NCBI GenBank assembly: GCA_045863335.1
Contig: BTVY01000086.1
Coordinates: forward strand, 1 to 12,324
Origin: Candidatus Hydrogenedentota bacterium
GTDB lineage: Bacteria > Hydrogenedentota > Hydrogenedentia > Hydrogenedentales > SLHB01
Length of the DNA: 12,324 nucleotides
Direction: 5' to 3'
Notes under the pieces: model-generated
Databases searched by the model: none
Seen by the model: the letters and a program-made list of their open reading frames with translations, nothing else
What the model was told of the DNA's origin: nothing
Program-made: the position numbers and the translations under genes
Part shown: positions 1 through 9,928 of the stretch, piece after piece
Numbering within the stretch: the first letter of the stretch is position 1
Layout of the letters: every line of letters begins with the position of its first letter

Positions 1-69
1 CGATACCGATACCGATACCGATAGCGATACCGATAGCGATACCGATCCCGATACCGATACCGATACCGA
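1..69. repeat. Tandem hexamer array (CGATAC)n, 11 full units with CGATAG x2 and CGATCC x1 variants; truncated by the window start
   Basis: Read directly: cgatac x3, cgatag, cgatac, cgatag, cgatac, cgatcc, cgatac x3, cga. Confidence 0.97.
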
Positions 70-146
70 GAAACCACGGGTTCGATGTCTGGAGCTAAAC
101 TGGAAATCTTGCCAATTTCATGCAACGTGCGGCCCTCTCCGGGGAT

Positions 147-3274
<3,128 letters not shown>

Positions 3275-3278
3275 CGTC

Positions 3279-4079
3279 ATGGCCGAACCCATCATCGAAG
3301 TGAAGCACTTGGTCGCCCATTACGGCGAGAAGCTCGTCTTGGACGACGTCTCCTTTCCGGTAAACCGGGGCGAGATCTTCGTGATCATCGGCGGCAGCGG
3401 CTGCGGAAAGACGACGCTCCTCAAACATATGACGGGGCTGTTGACGCCCACGTCCGGCCAAGTCATCCATTCCGGGACGGATATCACCAAACTCGACGAG
3501 GACGAGTTGAATGCCATCCAGCGCAATATCGGGATCGCCTTTCAGTCGGGGGGGCTCTTCAATTCCATGACGGTCGGCGACAATGTGGCCCTGCCCTTGC
3601 GGGAATACGGTGCGGTGGACGAGGCGCTTGTCTCCGCCATGGTCCGGCTTAAACTCAGCCTGGTCGGTCTGGGTGCCGCGGAAGATCTCATGCCCGATGA
3701 ATTGTCGGGAGGGATGCGCAAGCGCGCGGGCTTGGCCCGGGCCATAGCCCTCGATCCCCCGATCATCTTTTTTGACGAACCGTCCGCCGGTCTGGATCCC
3801 ATTATGGCGTCGGGATTGGACGACCTCATATTGAACCTGAAGCGATTACTGGGGATTACCTTCATTATCGTGACGCATGAACTGGATTCCATCCGGAAAA
3901 TCTCCGACCGAATCCTCATGCTCGATCAGGGTTCCGCCATCTTTCTCGGGAACTTGAAAGAGGCGGAAACGTCGGATGTGCCCCGGGTTCGCCAGTTTTT
4001 TGAAAGGCAGGCGGACGAGTTCATCGCGCAACGTGTGACGAAGGCAACTGGAAACGCGGACGTGGATGCCGCAGAATGA
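3279..4079 (+). CDS. mlaF: MlaF/Mkl-family ABC transporter ATP-binding protein, 266 aa
   Basis: Walker A GGSGCGKT, Q-loop FQSGGLFNSMTV, signature LSGGMRKRAGLARA, Walker B FFDEPSAGLDPI, H-loop VTHE. Lies between mlaE and mlaD. Confidence 0.95.
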   Translation: MAEPIIEVKHLVAHYGEKLVLDDVSFPVNRGEIFVIIGGSGCGKTTLLKHMTGLLTPTSGQVIHSGTDITKLDEDELNAIQRNIGIAFQSGGLFNSMTVGDNVALPLREYGAVDEALVSAMVRLKLSLVGLGAAEDLMPDELSGGMRKRAGLARAIALDPPIIFFDEPSAGLDPIMASGLDDLILNLKRLLGITFIIVTHELDSIRKISDRILMLDQGSAIFLGNLKEAETSDVPRVRQFFERQADEFIAQRVTKATGNADVDAAE

Positions 4080-4112
4080 CCCGATTCAGCAATCGGAGCA
4101 AAGGGTAAACCC

Positions 4113-5093
4113 GTGGCGACCAAGACACAGAAGACCAAGGTAGCCGTTTTTCTCATCGTGAACCTGGTGGTGGCCAGCGTCTGCCTGGCCCTTGTCGCGG
4201 GGTACCGCGCCGGCAACGAACTCTCCTACAATATCGTGTTCGAGAATTCTGTTCTCGGCCTGTACGTGGGCGGCATCGTGCAGTATCTCGGCGTGCCGGT
4301 GGGCACCGTTGACAATATTTACGTGGGAGAAGATGGCAAAGCTTATGTCAGTATCCTGATCGACCCCGCGAAAGTCAGCCTTCACGAGGGTGTCGAGGCG
4401 AAACTCGAGTACTACAGTTTTGCCACCGGCACCATGTGCGTGGCCCTGTCCGGGGGAGATCCAACGGCGGCAACCCTTGCGCCGGGCGCGACCATACCCG
4501 CGGGCAAATCGCTGGTCGAATCATTCAGCAACGAGTTCGCCAGCGTACTCGAGTCGTTGAACAACATCATTGCCGAGATTGAAACGGGCATGGAAGGGAT
4601 GGAATCGGGCGAGTTGACCGAAACCATCCGGGAAACGAAGGCATTTATTGAAGAGACGAAAGAGTTTGTCGCCGATGCGCGAGGCACCCTCGAAACCGTG
4701 GGTGAAGATGTACACAACACGGTTGACGACGTTCGCACCGGAATCGAGCGGTTTAACGAACTCGCCAATTCAGCTGCCGAGACGGCCAAGTCAGCCAACG
4801 AAACCATCAAAACGCTTCAGGCAAAGATCGAACCACTGGACCTTGCCGCGACCGAAGAAGCTTGGCGCTCTCAATTCGAGAACATCGCTGATCGATTCGA
4901 CAAAACCAGCGAATCCTTCGATCAAACCGCAAAGACCCTCATGTACGGAACCGACAATTTGCAGCACGGCCTGCTGGATACCATGCAGACACTCAACGAA
5001 GCCCTGAACGCGGTCCGCGATCTGGCCGAGTACCTGCAGAACGACCCCTCATCGATCGTTCGGGGCAAGGCCGAGCCCCGGGGAGAGAACTGA
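4113..5093 (+). CDS. mlaD: MlaD/MCE-domain protein with a long helical C-terminal region, 326 aa (GTG start)
   Basis: N-terminal TM anchor, MCE motif F..SV.GL..G..V.Y.GV.VG.V..I, coiled-coil-like C-terminal half ending in L..DPSSIVRG, typical of long MCE proteins. Confidence 0.9.
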   Translation: MATKTQKTKVAVFLIVNLVVASVCLALVAGYRAGNELSYNIVFENSVLGLYVGGIVQYLGVPVGTVDNIYVGEDGKAYVSILIDPAKVSLHEGVEAKLEYYSFATGTMCVALSGGDPTAATLAPGATIPAGKSLVESFSNEFASVLESLNNIIAEIETGMEGMESGELTETIRETKAFIEETKEFVADARGTLETVGEDVHNTVDDVRTGIERFNELANSAAETAKSANETIKTLQAKIEPLDLAATEEAWRSQFENIADRFDKTSESFDQTAKTLMYGTDNLQHGLLDTMQTLNEALNAVRDLAEYLQNDPSSIVRGKAEPRGEN

Positions 5094-5680
5094 TGCGTTA
5101 CGCTGCTCTCGCTCTGGCCATTGCCATCACAGGATGTGCGACCCGAAGTTACAATCCCCCGACCCGATATCTGCTTGAACCGAAGGTTGAGGTGCTCGCG
5201 GCACAACCCCTGCGCCAGACGCTTGCGCTGCGCTCCCTCGACCCCGCGCGGCCCTATCGCGAAAAGATTGTCTACCGGGATGGACTCGAACTCGGCCAGT
5301 ATCAGACGTTGGAATGGGCAGAGCTCCCAGCCAATGTGGTTTCTCGCGCCCTCGGTGACGCCCTCCGCGCAACAGGCCGTTTCGCGGACGTGGGCCCTGC
5401 ACCGGACGTAAGCCAGCCCGACTACACGCTCACCGGCTCTATTCGCGCTTTTGACCTTCGCAAAGACACGGAACCGTGGACGGCCGTGTGTGAAATCCGT
5501 GTGGAAGTGCGGCGCTCGCTCAGCCAGAACGCGCTCTTCGCACAGACATTGACCAGCGCAGTTCCATTGGAGTCCAACGATACGGCCGCGCTACCCGCCG
5601 CCATGAGCGCCGCCGTGGCTGAAGTCGTCACGGAAGCGGCCAACGGGATCGCGGCGTCTGAAGCCTCAGTCGCGGAATAG
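5093..5680 (+). CDS. PqiC-like / ABC-type transport auxiliary lipoprotein, 195 aa
   Basis: Signal peptide with lipobox (AITG-C), Y.L motif, WAELP, L.G.I..F. Last gene of the MCE cassette, with a TGATG overlap with the mlaD stop. Confidence 0.85.
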   Translation: MRYAALALAIAITGCATRSYNPPTRYLLEPKVEVLAAQPLRQTLALRSLDPARPYREKIVYRDGLELGQYQTLEWAELPANVVSRALGDALRATGRFADVGPAPDVSQPDYTLTGSIRAFDLRKDTEPWTAVCEIRVEVRRSLSQNALFAQTLTSAVPLESNDTAALPAAMSAAVAEVVTEAANGIAASEASVAE

Positions 5681-5713
5681 CGTTAGGAATTATCGACGTG
5701 ATGGGGGAACATC

Positions 5714-5880
5714 CAAAGAACATCCCCCTTGCCCCCTTCAAAGGGGGAATTGTGCGTAATGGAACCTACGTTCAAGTATTGGATGCATCCTCCCATCCCT
5801 AGGGAGCTGGCGCGACAGTGCACACCGCAAAGCGGTGTGGGCCAGTCCTCCTTTGAAGGGGGCAAGGGGGATGTTCTTTG
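5714..5880. repeat. REP-doublet/MITE-like element: 31-bp perfect inverted repeats (5714-5744 and 5850-5880) around a 105-bp spacer
   Basis: caaagaacatcccccttgcccccttcaaagg is the exact reverse complement of cctttgaagggggcaagggggatgttctttg. The left arm overlaps its own mini-hairpin ccccctt-ca-aaggggg (5732-5747). The spacer holds hairpin cacaccgc-aaa-gcggtgtg (5821-5839). Confidence 0.9.
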
Positions 5881-5946
5881 TGAACCCTGCGTAGCGTGGA
5901 TGGGAAGGCGCTTGTACGGTGTGTCGATCTTTTCGGCGGACACCGA

Positions 5947-6456
5947 CTAACGTCGGTCGGTGCCGTTACCCTCTTCCCGCAATGAATCGAAGACCCGTTC
6001 CTCGTCGCCGCGGTAGATGAGGTGTTCGTCGATGACCAGGGTTTGTTCCGCCGAGAGCGGCAGGAAACGACCTTCCGCGCGGGCGAAGACTTCGCCTCCG
6101 GCATCGTGAAGCGCGCCGATGGCGTAAACCAGCCGCCGGTTCGCCTTCGTCACTTCGGCCCAGGCATGGATGTCGCGGTCGCCGGGTACCGGCTGCACGT
6201 AGCGGACCGTGAGTTCTCCTGTAACCGTCATGCGCGCGATGGCGCGGTTGGCGGCCCAGGCCATGGTCTCGTCGAGCAGCGCGGCGACGATCCCGCCGTG
6301 CAACACGTTCGGGTAGCCGCAATGATGGGGTTTCGGCGTGAAGATCGCCTTGGTCTGCTCCCTTTCGACGAAGAAGCGAAGCTGAAGTCCCGCCACATTC
6401 GATTCGCCGCACGCGAAACAGGATTCGGAATTGGGTAGATAGACTCGGTTATTCAC
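5947..6456 (-). CDS. PaaI-family (hotdog fold) thioesterase; start probably GTG at 6456 (ORF open to 6486)
   Basis: CFACGESNVAGLQLRF N-terminal motif and G.P..LHGG..AALLDE.M hotdog motif, followed by T.EL.VRY..PVP. Start choice is inferred from a purine-rich stretch upstream of 6456. Confidence 0.88.
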   Translation of the reverse strand: MNNRVYLPNSESCFACGESNVAGLQLRFFVEREQTKAIFTPKPHHCGYPNVLHGGIVAALLDETMAWAANRAIARMTVTGELTVRYVQPVPGDRDIHAWAEVTKANRRLVYAIGALHDAGGEVFARAEGRFLPLSAEQTLVIDEHLIYRGDEERVFDSLREEGNGTDRR

Positions 6457-6497
6457 AATGGCCCCGTTTCTCCCAAGGAAAGACACTCGAGCGGACT

Positions 6498-6533
6498 ATG
6501 GACGATATGGACTTGATGGACGGTATGGACAAA
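6498..6533. repeat. Tandem 9-bp array (ATGGACNNN)x4
   Basis: atggacgat atggacttg atggacggt atggacaaa, preceded by a partial ggac. Confidence 0.85.
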
Positions 6534-6651
6534 TTCACGACTTCCACACAACCGACGAAAACGTCTAAGTTCTTTAGATTGAATATCATCCAGATAGCTG
6601 GCCGCCCTGCGTTGCCGTGCGCGACGTCCGTCGAAGTGCCTATTGCCCGAT

Positions 6652-6681
6652 TTGACTTGAGACGGCGTATTATGCCATCAT
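6652..6681 (+). promoter_or_regulatory. Candidate sigma70-type promoter for gap
   Basis: TTGACT (6652-6657), 18 nt, then CATCAT (6676-6681) with TG at 6673-6674. TATTAT at 6668-6673 is an alternative -10. Imperfect match. Confidence 0.35.
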
Positions 6682-6926
6682 CTGACCCAAATACGAAAGA
6701 GGGATAAGACGCGATACCCTAAGGGCTACATGCTCTTCCAACCGCAGACTGCGAAGTAGGGTATACGAAACGGGCCAGAGATGGGTCCGCCCCCCGACAC
6801 TTAGACCTCCGAAGTGGATGTTTATCTTGCTCTGTACCGGGATACCGGTGTGTGTTTTTGTGAAGCGGGATACCCGCATAGAACGGCTGCGAATCTCGCA
6901 GTGCGCAGCGAAAGGAACCAGGGGAC

Positions 6927-7922
6927 ATGGCCACAAAAGTAGGGATCAATGGATTCGGCCGCATCGGCCGTAACGTATTCAAACTGCTCATGGAAAGCAG
7001 CGACTTCGAAGTCGTCGGCGTGAACGACCTCACCGACCCGAAGACGCTCGCCCACTTGTTGAAATACGACAGCGTCAGCGGCGTGTACAAGGGCGAAGTC
7101 AAAGCGGGCGAAGGCGCCATCATCGTCGACGGCAAGTCCGTCAAAGTCAGCGCCGAAAAAGACCCGGCGAACCTGGCGTGGAAAGACCTGGGCGCGGAAC
7201 TCGTGCTGGAATCGACGGGCGTGTTCACGACGAAAGAGAAGTGCATGCTCCACGTCAAGGCTGGCGCGAAGAAGGTGCTGTTGAGCGTGCCGCCAAAGGA
7301 TGCCGTTGACGCCATCATCGTGATGGGCGTGAACGACGATACCCTGAAGTCCTCGGACGTGGTCGTGTCCAATGCCAGTTGCACGACCAACTGCCTCGCC
7401 CCCATGGCGAAAGTGCTTCATGAGACCTTCGGCATCAAGCGCGGCTTCATGACCACGATCCACGCGTACACCAACGACCAGAACGTGCTCGACATGCCGC
7501 ACAAAGATCTGCGTCGCGCCCGTGCGGCAGCGGTCAGCATCATCCCGACGACGACGGGCGCGGCCCGCGCGGTGGGCAAGGTGCTTCCGGCGCTTTCCGG
7601 CAAGCTCGACGGTATCGCCATGCGCGTCCCGGTGCCGGACGGTTCGGTGACGGACCTGGTGGCGGAACTCGACAAGACCGCGACGGCCGAAGAGATCAAC
7701 GCCGCCATGAAGAAGGCTGCCGAAGGTCCGCTGAAGGGCATTCTGGAATACTGTGAAGATCCGATCGTGTCGAACGACATCGTCGGCAACTCGCACTCCA
7801 GCATTTTCGACTCTCAGTTGACGTCCGTAATGGACAACAATTTCGTGAAGGTCGTCTCCTGGTACGACAACGAGTGGGGTTATTCCTGCCGTTGCGTCGA
7901 CCTCTTCAAGAAGATGGCCTAA
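6927..7922 (+). CDS. gap: Type I glyceraldehyde-3-phosphate dehydrogenase, 331 aa, probably NAD-preferring
   Basis: [13 protein letters not shown] (Asp typical of NAD-preferring enzymes), LLKYDS, active site [28 protein letters not shown]-like aaagga and gggg upstream. Confidence 0.99.
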   Translation: MATKVGINGFGRIGRNVFKLLMESSDFEVVGVNDLTDPKTLAHLLKYDSVSGVYKGEVKAGEGAIIVDGKSVKVSAEKDPANLAWKDLGAELVLESTGVFTTKEKCMLHVKAGAKKVLLSVPPKDAVDAIIVMGVNDDTLKSSDVVVSNASCTTNCLAPMAKVLHETFGIKRGFMTTIHAYTNDQNVLDMPHKDLRRARAAAVSIIPTTTGAARAVGKVLPALSGKLDGIAMRVPVPDGSVTDLVAELDKTATAEEINAAMKKAAEGPLKGILEYCEDPIVSNDIVGNSHSSIFDSQLTSVMDNNFVKVVSWYDNEWGYSCRCVDLFKKMA

Positions 7923-7931
7923 GGAAAACTT

Positions 7932-7966
7932 ACGGCCCCGCGCGGCCAACCGCGCGGGGCCGTTTT
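7932..7966 (+). terminator. Intrinsic terminator-like hairpin between gap and pgk
   Basis: acggccccgcgcgg-ccaa-ccgcgcggggccgt, a 14-bp perfect stem, followed by only a short T run. Confidence 0.75.
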
Positions 7967-7993
7967 AGTAATGACGGTGGTAGGACAAGAGCC

Positions 7994-9226
7994 ATGAACA
8001 AACTGACCATAGAAGACTTGGACGTCAAGGGGAAGCGCGTCCTCATGCGGGTAGACTTTAACGTCCCGCAGAACGAAGACGGCAGCGTCCGCGACGATAC
8101 GCGTATCCGCGCCGCGTTGCAGAGCATCAACTACGTGCGCGAGAAGGGCGGAAAACTCATCCTCATGTCGCACCTGGGCCGCCCCGGCGACCCGAACAAG
8201 GCCGAGTCCGAAGAGGAGAAGGCCAAGATTCTGAAGAAGAACGCGACGCTCAAGATGGACCCCATTGCGGACCACTTGCGCAAGCTCGTCGGCGGTAACG
8301 TGAAGAAGGTGGACGACATCGTCGGACCGGACGTGGAAGCCGCTGTGGCCGCCATGGAACCGGGCGACATCATCCTGCTTGAGAACACGCGGTTCAACAA
8401 AGGCGAGACGAAGAACAATCCCGAGTTGTGTGAGCAGCTCGCCAAGCTGGGCGACGTGTACGTGAGTGACGCGTTCGGCACGGTACACCGCGCGCACGCC
8501 TCGACAGAGGGCGTCACCAAGTACGTGAGCCAGAGCGCAGCCGGATTTCTGGTTGCCAAGGAAATGGAATACTTCGGCCGGGTGTTAAACAGTCCAGATC
8601 GACCCCTCCTGGCCATCCTCGGCGGCGCGAAAGTCTCGGACAAGATTACGGTTATCGAGAATCTACTGAACCTGGTCGACACGCTGGTGATCGGCGGCGG
8701 CATGGCCTACACCTTCATGAAGGCCCAGGGCTACGAGATCGGAAATTCCCTCCTCGACGAAGGCGGCATCGACGTTGCCAAGACTGTCCTGGCCAAGGCC
8801 AAGGAAAAGGGCGTCGAACTGCTGCTTCCCGTCGACACCGTTGTTGCCGATGAGTTCTCGAACGACGCCAACACGAAGGTGGTCAGCCTCGGCGAGATCG
8901 AAGCGGGTTGGGAAGGGCTGGATATCGGCCCGAAGACGCTGGAGATGTTCTGCGACGCCATCAAGAAATCGAAGACTGTCGTGTGGAACGGCCCGGTTGG
9001 GGTGTTCGAGATGGCGAAATTCGCAGTGGGCACCAAGACCATCGCCGACCTGCTCGCGAATTCCCTGGACATCACGAGCGTGATTGGCGGCGGCGATACG
9101 GCGGCCGCCGTGGCCCAGTACGGGCTCGCGGACAAGATGTCGCACGTATCGACCGGAGGCGGCGCTTCCCTTGAAATGCTCGAAGGGAAGGAACTGCCGG
9201 GATTGGCGGCGTTGACGGACAAGTAG
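7994..9226 (+). CDS. pgk: Phosphoglycerate kinase, 410 aa (true start ATG 7994, not 7874)
   Basis: [85 protein letters not shown] at 7982-7985. Confidence 0.99.
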   Translation: MNKLTIEDLDVKGKRVLMRVDFNVPQNEDGSVRDDTRIRAALQSINYVREKGGKLILMSHLGRPGDPNKAESEEEKAKILKKNATLKMDPIADHLRKLVGGNVKKVDDIVGPDVEAAVAAMEPGDIILLENTRFNKGETKNNPELCEQLAKLGDVYVSDAFGTVHRAHASTEGVTKYVSQSAAGFLVAKEMEYFGRVLNSPDRPLLAILGGAKVSDKITVIENLLNLVDTLVIGGGMAYTFMKAQGYEIGNSLLDEGGIDVAKTVLAKAKEKGVELLLPVDTVVADEFSNDANTKVVSLGEIEAGWEGLDIGPKTLEMFCDAIKKSKTVVWNGPVGVFEMAKFAVGTKTIADLLANSLDITSVIGGGDTAAAVAQYGLADKMSHVSTGGGASLEMLEGKELPGLAALTDK

Positions 9227-9231
9227 GAAGA

Positions 9232-9454
9232 AAATCCGAAATACGAATCACGAAATCCGAAACAATTTGAGATCTCAGATTTGAGATTTCAGAAGTGAAG
9301 AAAACAGAAATTGAGACAGGGTGGAAACCAGGGATTTGGCGGGATCTACTCGATCGCTCTTGAGTGGTTGGAGATGGGCCGAACGAGATCGTCTTCGTTT
9401 TGAGTTTTGGTCATTCGTGCTTGTTTCGGATTTCGAATTTCGGGTTTCGGATTT
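9232..9454. repeat. 223-bp inverted-repeat element with heptamer-built arms (34-bp arms, 29/34 complementary) plus an internal second heptamer array
   Basis: Left arm aaatccg aaatacg aatcacg aaatccg aaacaa (9232-9265). Right arm ttgtttcggatttcgaatttcgggtttcggattt (9421-9454). Internal tttgaga tctcaga tttgaga tttcaga (9266-9293). T6 at 9457-9462. Confidence 0.88.
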
Positions 9455-9570
9455 GGTTTTTTGGCGTTGCCTCGGTTGGCGGCGCGTTTAATACAGTACC
9501 TGGCTCTCGGGCGTGCAACTCACCGATGCCGATCTGGGACCGGGTGAATACGAAAGGAAACGGTGCAACT

Positions 9571-9843
9571 ATGTCGACGATTACGAAAGAACGCAAGCAA
9601 GCCATCATCAAGGAACACGGGTCGCACGAAGGCGATACCGGTTCCGCGGAAGTCCAGATCGCGCTTCTGACGGAGCGTATCAACGATTTGACCGAGCATT
9701 TCAAGGCCCATCCGAAGGATTTCGGCGGCCGTCGCGGGCTGCTCAAGCTCGTGGGACGGCGCCGCCACCTTCTGAACTACGTGCGCAGCCTCGATATCGA
9801 GCGCTACCGCGCCATCGTCAAGACGCTTGGTCTGAGGAAGTAA
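9571..9843 (+). CDS. rpsO: 30S ribosomal protein S15, 90 aa (true start ATG 9571)
   Basis: [24 protein letters not shown]...[15 protein letters not shown]...LGLRK. RBS aaagga at 9553-9558. Canonical rpsO-pnp synteny. Confidence 0.99.
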   Translation: MSTITKERKQAIIKEHGSHEGDTGSAEVQIALLTERINDLTEHFKAHPKDFGGRRGLLKLVGRRRHLLNYVRSLDIERYRAIVKTLGLRK

Positions 9844-9880
9844 GTATCAACGAAAGAAAAACATACATTGTAATGTTGCC

Positions 9881-9904
9881 TGGAACGTTGTGGGAGACGT
9901 TCCA
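9881..9904 (+). promoter_or_regulatory. Hairpin in the rpsO-pnp intergenic region (pnp leader)
   Basis: tggaacgt-tgtgggag-acgttcca, an 8-bp perfect stem with no U tract, just upstream of the pnp RBS (ggag). Confidence 0.5.
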
Positions 9905-9928
9905 TCAAAAACGGAGAAAGAAAGAACA

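Noticed and set aside
5683-5950. Small ORFs 5683-5943 (-) and 5729-5950 (+)
   Set aside because: Translations of the inverted-repeat element (both contain PPSK and FEGGKGDV); no independent coding evidence.
6498-6707. 69-aa ORF MDDMDLMDGMDK...
   Set aside because: Starts within the 9-bp repeat, has no clear RBS or recognisable domain, and crosses the probable promoter region; not called as a CDS.
6838-6880. Resemblance to the Bacillus CggR operator (CGGGAC-N6-TGTC direct repeats) upstream of gap
   Set aside because: Only CGGGA matches, the spacing and TGTC half-sites do not fit, and there is no cggR gene in the window.
6822-7949. 375-aa antisense ORF opposite gap, and similar antisense or alternate-frame ORFs over ligA, mla and pgk
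   Set aside because: Same shadow effect; the sense genes are unambiguous.
7874-7993. 40-aa N-terminal extension of PGK in the ORF track
   Set aside because: Overlaps the gap end and the hairpin. Homology and the RBS point to ATG 7994.
9461-9497. rpsO promoter candidates (TTGCCT or TTGGCG with TACAGT or TTTAAT)
   Set aside because: Spacings of 19-20 bp and weak matches; a promoter is likely nearby but cannot be placed.
9364-9570. 69-aa N-terminal extension of S15 in the ORF track
   Set aside because: It translates the repeat arm ([10 protein letters not shown]). S15 homology and the RBS start at 9571.
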